From NCBI GenBank assembly GCA_965223505.1, contig CBDCWP010000011.1:1-64000 (forward strand): a stretch of 64,000 nucleotides of DNA, in the 5' to 3' direction. The notes beneath the pieces were generated by a model. It saw nothing but the letters and a program-made list of their open reading frames with translations, did no database searches and had not been told where the DNA came from. Of the stretch, positions 36,435 to 46,345 are shown one piece after another. The position numbers were made by a program, and so were the translations under genes. Source of the DNA: Planctomycetota bacterium. GTDB taxonomy: Bacteria > Planctomycetota > PLA2 > JAEUHO01. Position 1 is the stretch's first letter; each line of letters opens with the position of its first letter.

Positions 36435-38741
36435 ATGTCTTCCCCGATCGTGAAGTGGCCGGTGCTCCTGCTCTCCGCCGTACTGGTCGGGGGGGGCGTC
36501 GTCGCGTACTTCGCCGGCGCCGGACCCGGCGACGGCGCGACGGCCGGGCCCGGGGCGACGTTCGTCGAGAACGCGTCGTGCTTCCTCTGCCACGCCGATG
36601 AGCGGGCGGCGTGGACCGGCTCTCATCACGATCTCGCGATGGACCATGCGACGCCGAAGACGGTGTTGGGCGACTTCGACGACGCGTCGTTCGCGCATCA
36701 CGGAGTGACCAGCCGCTTCTACCGCCGCGACGAGAGGTTCTTCGTCGAGACCGACGGCCCCGACGGCACGCTTGCCGAGTTCGAGATCAAGTTCGTGTTC
36801 GGCTACACGCCGCTGCAGCAATACCTGATCGAGCTCGACGGCGGCCGGTTGCAGTGTCTGCAGGTGAGCTGGGACACGGAGAACAAGCGCTGGTACCACA
36901 CCTTCGACGAGCCCACGCCGCACGACGGCCCGCTGCACTGGACCGGCATGCAGTTCAACTGGAACTTCATGTGCGCCGAGTGCCACTCGACGAACCTGCA
37001 ACGCAACTACGACGTGTCGTCGAACACCTACGCCACGACATGGTCCGACATCGATGTAGGCTGCCAGGCCTGCCACGGACCGGGCTCGGAGCACGTGGCT
37101 TGGGCGCGGGCCGGCGGCAAGCCCGAAGACCAGAACAAGCGGCTCGCGGTGAGCCTGAAGGCCGCGAAGCCCGAAGTCGATCACTGCGCGCGCTGTCATT
37201 CCCGGCGTGTCCACGTGAGCGATGCGTATCGGTACGGAGAGGACTTCCTCGATCACTACGCGCCGGCGTTGCTCACGGAGCCGCTCTACTACCCCGACGG
37301 CCAGATCCACGACGAGGTCTACGTGTACGGGTCGTTCTTGCAGACGAAGAAGCACCACCGGGGTGTTCGTTGCACCGATTGCCACGACCCGCACTCGGCG
37401 CGTCTGAAGCGGCCCGGCAACGAGACGTGCACGCATTGCCATCAGCCGAACCCGCCCGAGCGGTTTCCGTCCATCGCCCGCGGCGAGTACGACACGCCGG
37501 CGCATCACTTCCACCTGCAGGGGGCGAAGGGCTCGGCGTGCGTCGACTGTCACATGCCGGCACGCACGTACATGGGCGTCGATCCGCGTCGCGACCACAG
37601 CTTCCGCGTCCCGCGACCCGACCTGACCGAGAAGATCGGAACGCCGAACGCCTGCAACGGGTGTCACGACGACGAGACGCCGGCGTGGGCGGTGGGGGAG
37701 ATCGCGAAGCGCCATACGGACTACGTCACGAAGCGCGTCGACGTCTTGCACTTCGGACAGGTGTTCGCGGCGGCACGCGCAGGCCGCGCCGACGCGATTC
37801 CCGGGCTCACGCTGCTCCTAGGCGATCCCGACAAGGAGGCGATCGTGCGGGCAACTGCCGCGCATCATCTGGGCGCGGCCCGCCATCCCGAGTCGCTCCG
37901 CGCGCTCAGCACCGCGCTCGGCGACCCGGAACCCTTGGTGCGCGGCGCCGCGGCGGCGGGGATCGACGAGCTGGTCGGCGCGGACGGCCCACCCGAGCTC
38001 CTGCGTCGCCAGAAGGCAGCTTGGCTCTCTCCACTGCTCTCGGACGCCACCCGCTGGGTGCGAACCAAGGCGGCGCGCGCGCTCGTGGACGCTCGTGCCC
38101 AGGTTCCGCAACGACACGCTTCGGCCTACGCGTCGGCCATCGAAGAGTGGTTGGCTCGGCATCGATCGCAGGCGGATCGCCCGGGAAGTCACCTCAACCT
38201 CGGCGCATACCACGAGGCGCGGCGGGATCCCGCCGCGGCCGAGTCCGCCTATCTGCGCGCACTCGCGCTCGATCCCGGCTTCGCGCCGGCCCGTTTCAAC
38301 CTCGCCACCCTCTACAACGGACAGGGTCGCAACGCGCAGGCGGTCCGGCAGCTGCGCGAGGTCGTCGAACGTGACGAGGAGAACGGCGAGGCGTGGTACT
38401 CGCTCGGGCTGCTGCATGCCGAGACGAACGACGTCGCCCGGTCGGTGGCGGCGCTGGCGCGCGCCGCGAAGCTTCTGCCGGGCAGTGCGCGCGTTGCCCG
38501 CAACTACGCGCTGGCCCTGCGGAAGGCCGATCGGCTCGACGAGGCGCACGTAGCGTTCGCCAAAGCCTCCAGGCTCGCGCCGGACGACGGAGAGCTGCTG
38601 GTGGCCTGGGGCATGCTCTCCATCGATCGCCGCGACGGCGCCCACGTGCGCGACGTCGCCTCCCGGCTTCGCGAGCTCGGACCGAACGGCGTTCGCGCCG
38701 CGCAGGCGCTACTGGCGGCCCTCGACGCCGCGCGCGATTAG
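36435..38741 (+). CDS. octaheme c-type cytochrome with HEAT and TPR repeats
   Basis: Eight CxxCH motifs: CFLCH, CAECH, CQACH, CARCH, CTDCH, CTHCH, CVDCH, CNGCH; RRDHSF; C-terminal HEAT/TPR. Confidence 0.92.
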   Translation: MSSPIVKWPVLLLSAVLVGGGVVAYFAGAGPGDGATAGPGATFVENASCFLCHADERAAWTGSHHDLAMDHATPKTVLGDFDDASFAHHGVTSRFYRRDERFFVETDGPDGTLAEFEIKFVFGYTPLQQYLIELDGGRLQCLQVSWDTENKRWYHTFDEPTPHDGPLHWTGMQFNWNFMCAECHSTNLQRNYDVSSNTYATTWSDIDVGCQACHGPGSEHVAWARAGGKPEDQNKRLAVSLKAAKPEVDHCARCHSRRVHVSDAYRYGEDFLDHYAPALLTEPLYYPDGQIHDEVYVYGSFLQTKKHHRGVRCTDCHDPHSARLKRPGNETCTHCHQPNPPERFPSIARGEYDTPAHHFHLQGAKGSACVDCHMPARTYMGVDPRRDHSFRVPRPDLTEKIGTPNACNGCHDDETPAWAVGEIAKRHTDYVTKRVDVLHFGQVFAAARAGRADAIPGLTLLLGDPDKEAIVRATAAHHLGAARHPESLRALSTALGDPEPLVRGAAAAGIDELVGADGPPELLRRQKAAWLSPLLSDATRWVRTKAARALVDARAQVPQRHASAYASAIEEWLARHRSQADRPGSHLNLGAYHEARRDPAAAESAYLRALALDPGFAPARFNLATLYNGQGRNAQAVRQLREVVERDEENGEAWYSLGLLHAETNDVARSVAALARAAKLLPGSARVARNYALALRKADRLDEAHVAFAKASRLAPDDGELLVAWGMLSIDRRDGAHVRDVASRLRELGPNGVRAAQALLAALDAARD

Positions 38742-38749
38742 CAGCGCGT

Positions 38750-39676
38750 CTAGTCGTCCGGAGGTGCGAAGACGGTCTCGAAGTCGGCCTTGATCGAGAC
38801 GACGGTCCATCCACGTGACTTCGCTTGCTCCAGGGCGTTCTCGGTTCCGTGGTCGTAGTCGTACTCGCGCTCGGCGTCGTCGTGGTGCAGGAGGACGTTC
38901 AAGCTCGGCCCGGTCGCCGCGTCCGCGTACTGCATCATCTGCAGATCGCCGTCCGAGTTGCCGAGCACGACGATGGGCCGGCGGCCGATGTGGAGCGCGA
39001 TGTTCGGCGGCTTGCCGGCCTTGTCGTTGATGGACGCGATCTTCGGCGACCGGGTGACGTTCTCCGACGTCGGATCCCAGCCGTAGATCAGACTCGAGCC
39101 GACCACCTGGTCCTTCGGCACGTCGTAGGCCGACTCCGAGATGCCGCGGACGAAGTCGATCCCGCCGCCGGTGACGATGAACACCTTGAAGTCGTTCGCG
39201 CGCAGGTAGTCGAGCAGTTCGAGCATGGGCTGATAGCGCAGGTCGCCGTACGGGCGTTCGAAGCGGGCGTGGCGCGCGGTCTTCGTCCACGTCGCCGCGG
39301 CGGTCTGCATCTCGTCGCATGAGAGATCCGCGTGGACGGGGATGAGCGCCTGCAGCGCCTTCGTTTCACCGGCGCCCTTCAGCGCCGCGCGCTCGTCGGG
39401 CGACAGTCGTTCGAGCGCGAAGACGACCTGGAAATACATCGGTTTCTCGCACCACAGCGTGCCGTCGTTGTCGGAGACCACGATCCGGTCGCGGGGCGGT
39501 CGATACGCGTCGTCGCCGGGATCCACCGTCGCCTCGACGAACGCGACGATGCGCTGCTTGGCGTCCCCGTCGCGCCAAGAGGGAAGCGGGTCCGACCCGG
39601 TCGCCGGGTCGCCGCACGCAGAGAGGAGAACGAGCAGAAGGCAACCGGCAGCGAGTTTGGTACGTCGTTCGATCAT
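38750..39676 (-). CDS. HAD-superfamily hydrolase/acid phosphatase, lipoprotein
   Basis: Lipobox LSAC; DPLPSW, DNDGTLW, YQPMLELL, IVTGGG, GNSDGD, HDDAEREY. Confidence 0.9.
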   Translation of the reverse strand: MIERRTKLAAGCLLLVLLSACGDPATGSDPLPSWRDGDAKQRIVAFVEATVDPGDDAYRPPRDRIVVSDNDGTLWCEKPMYFQVVFALERLSPDERAALKGAGETKALQALIPVHADLSCDEMQTAAATWTKTARHARFERPYGDLRYQPMLELLDYLRANDFKVFIVTGGGIDFVRGISESAYDVPKDQVVGSSLIYGWDPTSENVTRSPKIASINDKAGKPPNIALHIGRRPIVVLGNSDGDLQMMQYADAATGPSLNVLLHHDDAEREYDYDHGTENALEQAKSRGWTVVSIKADFETVFAPPDD

Positions 39677-40254
39677 TGGCTCTTCGGGAGGAGGGCGCCG
39701 CGCGAGATGGAGAGCGCGACCACGTCGTCCATCGTCCAGTCCGTGAACTCGAGCTTGTCCAGCGAGACGACGCGCAGGATGCCGGACATCGGATTCGGGG
39801 AATTGGGGATGAACACCGTCGCGCGTCCTTCGCCTTCGACCGTGTCGGGCTGATAGCGCATGACGACACCGACCGTCCGGACGTCGTCGTTGGGCCACGC
39901 GACGAGCGCGACGCGCGGCGGGGCCGCGCGGCCTGCCTCGAACATCTCGTCGAAGCGCTCCGCCGTGCGAGCGAACAGCCGCAGGAACGGGACGCGCTTC
40001 TGCGAGCGGATGAGCGCCATGAGCAGCAACCCGACGGCCGCCAGCAGAACCAGCGCCGCGCACACCGTCGCGAGGTGTCCCAGGGCGGGCGGCGCACCGA
40101 GCCCGATGATGAACTCGTCGATCGGCGCCAGGAGCACGCCCAACCCCATGAACTGGAGCAGCTTCAAGGGCACGAAAATCAGAAGCAGAGCACTCAGTCC
40201 CATGACGACAAGGCGGAAGAACCTGGCGGTGATCGCCGCGCCCGAATGACTCAT
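39673..40254 (-). CDS. DUF502 membrane protein
   Basis: Two TMs, RVPF, VFIPNSPNPMSG, ISRG; ATGA overlap with the HAD gene. Confidence 0.8.
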   Translation of the reverse strand: MSHSGAAITARFFRLVVMGLSALLLIFVPLKLLQFMGLGVLLAPIDEFIIGLGAPPALGHLATVCAALVLLAAVGLLLMALIRSQKRVPFLRLFARTAERFDEMFEAGRAAPPRVALVAWPNDDVRTVGVVMRYQPDTVEGEGRATVFIPNSPNPMSGILRVVSLDKLEFTDWTMDDVVALSISRGALLPKSQ

Positions 40255-40330
40255 GGCCCGCCTCCCTTTCTCGGCTCGCGCCACAGCGTAGCCCAAACGC
40301 GTTCCCGACGACCACGGGTAAGATGAACGC

Positions 40331-41128
40331 ATGCGCCGGACACTGCTCCTGCTCGCGGCTCTCTTCACCGCCGGCTGCGGCGCGGATTTCTATGCCTTCG
40401 AGTCCGTGCAGAACACCAACAACCCCCACACCAGCTTCGTGATCGTCTGGCTCTCCGACAGTCCCATCGACGGCGCCGACGCGTTCGAGGTCACGATCGA
40501 CCGTGTCGACCTCGTACGGTCCGGCGGCGACGTGGAACTCGAGGACGCGCACCAAACGTACGATCTGTTCGCGCTGCGCAACGGCAGCCGAGCCATGATC
40601 GCCGAAGCGGCCGTGCCGACGGGTGGGTACGACGCCGTTCGGTTGACCCTGCGTGCGACCGGGCCGCTCGGACCCCGGACGCGAACGGGCGGGGTGTGGG
40701 AGTCGCTTGTGTTCGCGCCCGGCACCTTGCACGTCGTCGACGTGCCGTTCGCGCTCAATGCACAACAGGGCGGCCGGAGCGAGATTCAGATCGACTTCAA
40801 CGCGCGGCTCTCGGTCCTCGACGTCGGCGGCGCACTCCAGCTCGATCCCGTGCTCGACGCCGTGAACCCCCGCCTTGCCGGCGAGATCACCGGCACGGTA
40901 CTGGACCCAGCCGGGCAGCCGATCGCAGGCGCCATCGTCGTCGTGAAGGTGGGGGGCGTCGAGTACCGGTCGACCACGACGATGATCGACGGGAGCTACG
41001 TGCTCACGCCGTTGCCGCCGGGCGCCTACGACGTCGAGATCGTGAACCCGGGCGGTCCGTTCGTCGGCGCACCGGGCATCCTCGTCACGACGGGTGACAC
41101 GACGAACGTTCCGTTCGTGGTGCCCTAA
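40331..41128 (+). CDS. DUF4382 lipoprotein with carboxypeptidase-regulatory-like domain
   Basis: Lipobox TAGC; LSDSP, VTIDRV, DLFALRNG, IDFNA; GEITGTV...LPPGAYDV. Confidence 0.75.
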   Translation: MRRTLLLLAALFTAGCGADFYAFESVQNTNNPHTSFVIVWLSDSPIDGADAFEVTIDRVDLVRSGGDVELEDAHQTYDLFALRNGSRAMIAEAAVPTGGYDAVRLTLRATGPLGPRTRTGGVWESLVFAPGTLHVVDVPFALNAQQGGRSEIQIDFNARLSVLDVGGALQLDPVLDAVNPRLAGEITGTVLDPAGQPIAGAIVVVKVGGVEYRSTTTMIDGSYVLTPLPPGAYDVEIVNPGGPFVGAPGILVTTGDTTNVPFVVP

Positions 41129-41169
41129 CCCTCCGTGTCTGTCCGAGCGTCCCCCTACGCTCGTCGGCC

Positions 41170-41490
41170 ATGGGGTTCTTGTTCGGCCTGCTCTTCGACG
41201 CCGCAGTCATCGGGCTGATCATCGCGCGGATGGAAGGCACGGGCTTTCCCGGTTGGGCCGAGATGATCGGTGTCGTTTTCGCCATGGGCATCGTATCCGC
41301 CGGCGTCGCGCACGTGCTTCCGGAGGGCTATTGGACGTTGCTCGGCGTCGTCGCCGGCGCGGCGACCGGCGCATTCATGATCGCGTGGTTGTGCGAGATG
41401 ACGTTCCGGCGTGCGGCCGTTGCCGCGGGCATCTACCTCTGCCTTCGGCTCCTCATTGCGCTGGCCTTTCTCACGCTGGTTCACGCCTAA
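41170..41490 (+). CDS. small four-TM membrane protein
   Basis: Hydrophobic 106-aa ORF filling the intergenic gap; TACGCT 8 nt upstream. Confidence 0.7.
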   Translation: MGFLFGLLFDAAVIGLIIARMEGTGFPGWAEMIGVVFAMGIVSAGVAHVLPEGYWTLLGVVAGAATGAFMIAWLCEMTFRRAAVAAGIYLCLRLLIALAFLTLVHA

Positions 41491-41576
41491 GAACCCAACT
41501 GCGTAGAACCCCGCAACGCGACGACATTGCGACGCCCGCGGCGCCCGGCGACAATCACGCCCCCGATGGTCGTGTG

Positions 41577-43445
41577 ATGTCTGCGATGAACTCCCGAGCC
41601 GCTCTCCTCGTCGTGGCGCTCGTTGCCGCCGCGATCATCGTCTACCTGTTCGTCGGATCCGAAACGCCGCAGGCGTCCGTCGATGTGTCGAATGGGCCTC
41701 CGGAAACGGAGGAAGAGCGCGCCGCGCTGGAAGGGCGCGCGCCGCCGGCTGAGGTCGCGCCCGACGAGACGGCACCTGCCGCCGCGCCGGCGAAGTCTCC
41801 CGCGTCGCAACCGGCGTCGGCGCCGCCGAAGACGGACGCGCCACGGGTGGACGCCCTTGCCGAAGCGAGCGGCGACGCCGCGACCTCCACCCTGCGCCTG
41901 CGCGTCGTCGACGAAAACGGGCGCGCACGGGACGATGCCCGGCTCGTGATGTTCGCGGTCGAGAAGGGCGTGGGGCGCAAGAGCTTCGATCAGCCCATCG
42001 GTCCCGACGGTGAGATCGTCGTCGAAGCGCTCGATCCCGGCCGGTGTGCGGTTTGGGTGTACGTGGGCGACTTCCAGCGCATGGCCGTCGTCGAGCTGGC
42101 CGCCGGACGCGTCACCGACACGGCCATCAGCGTGCCGCAGGGCGCGAACGTGCACGGTGTCGTCCGTCACCGCGAAAAGGGACCGCTTGCGAACATCCAG
42201 GTGCGGCTGAAGCGCAAGGACGAGGTCTATGCCGACTCGGTGTTCTCGTCGACCGACACGTCCGGACACTATCGCCTGGAGGGCATCCCCCCCGGCACGT
42301 ACGCCGTGTCGCTCACCGGGGCGGCGATCGGATACAGCCCACGGCCGCGCGGCACGCTCGTGGTTCGAGACGTCGTCGACGTCGAGCGCGACTTCATGCT
42401 CGGCGAGGTCGCGCTGCAGGGCGTCGTGCGCGACGCCGACACGGGGCGCGTGCTGGACGGCGTGCGCGTCGGGATCCAGGCGCCGCTGTACACGAGCACC
42501 ACGACCGACGTGCGCGGCGCCTTTCGCTTCCAGGACGTGCCGCCCGGGGCGTACACGCTCACCGCCGCCAAGGACGGCTTCGGATTCCGGTTCCTCCACG
42601 AGGTGGCCGTCGCCGCGGAGGCGGTGACGACCTTCGACATCGAACTGCGCGCGGCGGCGACGGTGGAGTTCGAGGTGGTGGACACCGACGGCAAGCCCGT
42701 GGCCGGCCAGGTGATCCTGAGCATCACGCCGATCGACCCCGCAGACGGCACCCAGGTCTCGACCAACCGCAGCACGGATGCCGCCGGCAAGGTCAGGTAC
42801 GCGCAGATCACGCCGGGCTCGTACGACCTCGGCGTGTCCGCCCGCGGGTTCGAGGAGCTGCGCCGAAAGGTGCAGGTCGAGTCGGGGACGACGACGCTGC
42901 GCTTTCAGCTCTCCCGCAAGGACGCGCCGACCGCCGTCGTTCTGCGCGGCGTCGTGCGCGACGCCGAGACCAAACAACCGATCGCAGGCGTGGGCATCCA
43001 CCTGCAGAGTCCCGTCCGGCGCGAGACCCGCACCGACGAAAGCGGCGTATACGAGCTTCGCGACATCGGGACCGCCACCTGCGTCCTGTATGCCGCCCGG
43101 GATGGCTACGGCATTCGCTTCTTGCGGGGCATCGAGGTCGAAGAAGGCAAGACCACCGAGCTCGACATCGCGCTGCGGCCCGCCGCCGTCTTGCACCTAC
43201 AGCTGAGCACCGAGAGCGGGGAGGCGGTCGTCGGCGGCGTCACGCTGGGGATCTCGCCCGTGAAGGGAACGCATGGGACGAACATCGGCACGGGCGTGAC
43301 GGCGGACGCCAACGGTCTCGCCACATACCGGCAGATCGTCCCTGGCCGGTACACGATTCGCGCGATCCAGGAGGGGAGCGGCAGCGCTTCGATCGAGACG
43401 GAGATCCGCGAGGGGGAGAACACCGTCGACCTGCGACTCCGCTAG
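41577..43445 (+). CDS. membrane-anchored protein with tandem carboxypeptidase-regulatory-like (transthyretin-like) domains
   Basis: N-terminal TM and Pro/Ala linker; repeats of G.V.D...G.P...TD..G.Y....PG.Y; start 41577 or 41586. Confidence 0.8.
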   Translation: MSAMNSRAALLVVALVAAAIIVYLFVGSETPQASVDVSNGPPETEEERAALEGRAPPAEVAPDETAPAAAPAKSPASQPASAPPKTDAPRVDALAEASGDAATSTLRLRVVDENGRARDDARLVMFAVEKGVGRKSFDQPIGPDGEIVVEALDPGRCAVWVYVGDFQRMAVVELAAGRVTDTAISVPQGANVHGVVRHREKGPLANIQVRLKRKDEVYADSVFSSTDTSGHYRLEGIPPGTYAVSLTGAAIGYSPRPRGTLVVRDVVDVERDFMLGEVALQGVVRDADTGRVLDGVRVGIQAPLYTSTTTDVRGAFRFQDVPPGAYTLTAAKDGFGFRFLHEVAVAAEAVTTFDIELRAAATVEFEVVDTDGKPVAGQVILSITPIDPADGTQVSTNRSTDAAGKVRYAQITPGSYDLGVSARGFEELRRKVQVESGTTTLRFQLSRKDAPTAVVLRGVVRDAETKQPIAGVGIHLQSPVRRETRTDESGVYELRDIGTATCVLYAARDGYGIRFLRGIEVEEGKTTELDIALRPAAVLHLQLSTESGEAVVGGVTLGISPVKGTHGTNIGTGVTADANGLATYRQIVPGRYTIRAIQEGSGSASIETEIREGENTVDLRLR

Positions 43446-44308
43446 GCGCCCTTCGCTCCCTCCTGCGGATGGCCCCTCAGATAGACGAACCAGTACACGG
43501 CGGCGACGAGACCCGCGCCTCCGATGATGTTCCCGATCGTGACGGGGAGCAGGTTGTGCGTCAGGAACGCGCCCCAATCGAGCCCGGTCGTGTCCACACC
43601 GGTCGTCGCGACGAACTCCGGATACCAGCCCTCCATCAGGATCGCGTACGGCACGAAGTACATGTTCGCGACCGAGTGCTCGAAACCCGCGGCGACGAAC
43701 GCCGTGATCGGGAACAAGATCGCCATGATGCGTCCGATCATGCTGCGCGCGCCCATCGCGATCCACACGGCCAGACAGACCAACGCGTTGCAGAGAGCCC
43801 CGAGCGCGACCGCCTGCATGAACGACAGCTTCACTTTCGGCATCGCGATGCCGAGCGCCGTCTCGCCGACGGCGCCGCCGCCCATCTCGAAATGGCGCGC
43901 GACCAGGACGAGGACCGCTGTTCCCAGCGCTCCCAGCGCGTTGCCCAAATAGACGATCGACCAATTTCGTAGCAACGCGCGCGTCGTCACGCGTCGTCGG
44001 GCCCACGCCATGACGATCAGGTTGTTGCCGGTGAACAGCTCCGCGCCGCCCGTGACGACGAGGATGAGCCCGAGACAGAATGCCAGCCCGGCGATCGCGC
44101 GACGCACGCCGAACGGCCACGCTTCCGTGCCCGCAACGACGGTCGTCGAGAACACGGCGCCGAGCGCGATGAACGCGCCCGCGAGCACGCCGAGCACCAA
44201 GAGCTTGGAGAACGAGAGGCCGCACTTCTGCGCGCCGACGTTCTCGGCGCGCGCCGCGATCTCGGGCGGCATGAGCGAGTCGATTCGAACCGCGTTGTCT
44301 TCAGGCAT
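43442..44308 (-). CDS. formate/nitrite transporter (FNT, FocA-like)
   Basis: LAGAFIALG, GAELFTGN, CNALVCLAVW, FEHSVANM, PVTIGNIIGG. Confidence 0.92.
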   Translation of the reverse strand: MPEDNAVRIDSLMPPEIAARAENVGAQKCGLSFSKLLVLGVLAGAFIALGAVFSTTVVAGTEAWPFGVRRAIAGLAFCLGLILVVTGGAELFTGNNLIVMAWARRRVTTRALLRNWSIVYLGNALGALGTAVLVLVARHFEMGGGAVGETALGIAMPKVKLSFMQAVALGALCNALVCLAVWIAMGARSMIGRIMAILFPITAFVAAGFEHSVANMYFVPYAILMEGWYPEFVATTGVDTTGLDWGAFLTHNLLPVTIGNIIGGAGLVAAVYWFVYLRGHPQEGAKGA

Positions 44309-44415
44309 CGGGGCGAGTCTCGCGCCGCGATGCCCGCGCGTCAAAACTCGGTTCGCGCGCAGACGCAAATCGGCCACGGACCGTCTCGCTCAAACGAACG
44401 CTGCCAGTTGCGCGC

Positions 44416-45207
44416 CTACGGGGCCAGCGCGGCGGCCGGAAGTGCCGGCTCCTCGATCATCGGCGGGGCGGGCGGAGTCGCCGCCGCCGGATCGGCGTAG
44501 ACGTCGCTGCCCAGACCGGCGAGCCGCTCCTGCGGTCGCGGCCAGCCCGGAATCTTCTCGAGCGCCAACTCGTAGAAGCGCTTTGCGCTGTCGACGTTGC
44601 CCTGCTCCTCCGCGATGAGCCCGCGGTTGTAGGCGATGCGTCCCTCGCTTCCGCCCAACGCGGCGGCGGCGTCGAGCGACGACGAGGCGTGACCGTACTC
44701 CTCGGCCATGAAGTAGGCGGAGGCCAGCGCCTCGCGCAGACCCGCATGGTCGGGACGCAGCCGCACCTGCGGAAGCAGCGTCTGCAGCGCGTGGAGGTGG
44801 TTGCCCGCCTCGAGGTCGATCCGTGCGCGCAGGATGGCGGCCTCGGGGTTCGCCGGAGTCAGGCGCAGCAGGTAGTCCAGATGACGCATCGCGTCGTTCG
44901 GGTCGTTGGCTTCGTACGCCATGGCACCCAGCAACATGCGCGTGGGCGCGTGATCCGGGTGCTTGAACGCGAGGTTCTGCGCCTGGCGCCGAATGAACGC
45001 GCGCGACTTCGTCTTCTTGCCGTTGCCGTCCGGCGCGCCGGCGTAGCGGCAATCCGAAGGCGCGGCCAACCAGTCGGCGTGCAACCGCGCGACCGCCGCG
45101 TCGGGGTCCGTCTGCCCATGGGGCGCGGGGGGCGGCGTCGTCGAGCAGCCGACGAGCAAGATCATGGCGAGGACGGCCGTCAAGCCGCCGAGTTTCCGTA
45201 CTAGCAT
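44416..45207 (-). CDS. TPR lipoprotein, probable Tad pilotin (TadD-like)
   Basis: Lipobox LVGC, TPR repeats, last gene of the tad locus. Confidence 0.7.
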   Translation of the reverse strand: MLVRKLGGLTAVLAMILLVGCSTTPPPAPHGQTDPDAAVARLHADWLAAPSDCRYAGAPDGNGKKTKSRAFIRRQAQNLAFKHPDHAPTRMLLGAMAYEANDPNDAMRHLDYLLRLTPANPEAAILRARIDLEAGNHLHALQTLLPQVRLRPDHAGLREALASAYFMAEEYGHASSSLDAAAALGGSEGRIAYNRGLIAEEQGNVDSAKRFYELALEKIPGWPRPQERLAGLGSDVYADPAAATPPAPPMIEEPALPAAALAP

Positions 45208-45386
45208 GTGGGCCTCCCTACCCGCCTCGGCGTGAGATTCTAGCCGTCGATGGGCTGCGTGGCACGCTCCCGTTTGGGCGCGGCGCCGCGGATCTTCTCA
45301 AAAGGCCCCTCCCGGGCCTCCATTTGCTCTCGAAGCCTTAAAAATAGGCGATTGCGGGCATCGACGCAATTCGCGTCCGATCGCCG

Positions 45387-46334
45387 CTACGGCGGCGTGA
45401 CCCCCTTGTTCATGACGGCGTCGATCACCTGGATGAAGCGGTAGAACGCCGGTCCGAGCGTCCAGACGAAGATGCCGGGCAGGAAGCACAGCACCAGGGG
45501 GAAGACCAGCTTGACCGGCAAGGCGTGCGCCTTGATCAACGCGCGCTCCCGGCGCCGGCTCTGGACGTCCTCGGTCTGGTGGTCGAGGACGTTGGAGATG
45601 CCGCCGCCGACCTGCTCGGCGTGGATCATCGCGGAGACGAAGATCGACAGCGAGCCGACGTCCACGCGGCGTCCAAGTCGGCGCCAGCAGTTCACGCGCG
45701 GAATGCCCGCCATGTTCTCCCGCCGGAAGATCTGTAGCTCCTGCGGGAGCGTGCGGGTGCTGTTCGACGAGTCCAGCACGCGCAGCATGGCTGCATCCAG
45801 GCCCAGTCCCGCTCGCGAGAGCGTCGCGAGCAGCTGCAGTGTGATCGGCAAGTCCTCTTCGATCTCCTGGACCCGTTGGCGCCGAACGGCGCGAACCACG
45901 AGCCAGGGGATGCTGGCGATGATGAGGAACGCGAGCCACGGCGTCACCACGAGCACGGGTTCGAGCATCGACCCGATGCCCCCCGGCAGGTCGTACAGCG
46001 CCACGCGCGCATCGAACATGTAGGGCGAGGCGCGGATCGTCAGCGCGAGCGCGATGCCGAGGAACAGTGCCGTGAACGCGATGGCCACGAACAGCGGAAG
46101 CGCGCCGGGGCGCCGGAAGCCGGCGACGAAGAGCCAACGCCGCATCCACATCATGTCCTCGGTGGGGACGGGAGCGAGCGGCTCGAACTGCGCGTCGTGC
46201 TCTTCCTTGAGCCGCGTTCGGATCAAGTGCGCGCGACGTCCGTAGATCACCGCGAGGATGATCGCGGCAACCACCGCCGCCCACGCGAGGATGAGGAACG
46301 GAACGGAGAAGACGACGGCAACTGAGAAGTTCAT
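45387..46334 (-). CDS. tadC: Tad inner-membrane platform protein TadC (T2SSF domain)
   Basis: ATG 46334; LPITLQLL...AGLGLDAA, AEQVGG, PVKLVFPLVLCFLP. Confidence 0.88.
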   Translation of the reverse strand: MNFSVAVVFSVPFLILAWAAVVAAIILAVIYGRRAHLIRTRLKEEHDAQFEPLAPVPTEDMMWMRRWLFVAGFRRPGALPLFVAIAFTALFLGIALALTIRASPYMFDARVALYDLPGGIGSMLEPVLVVTPWLAFLIIASIPWLVVRAVRRQRVQEIEEDLPITLQLLATLSRAGLGLDAAMLRVLDSSNSTRTLPQELQIFRRENMAGIPRVNCWRRLGRRVDVGSLSIFVSAMIHAEQVGGGISNVLDHQTEDVQSRRRERALIKAHALPVKLVFPLVLCFLPGIFVWTLGPAFYRFIQVIDAVMNKGVTPP

Positions 46335-46345
46335 CTCCGCTCCTC

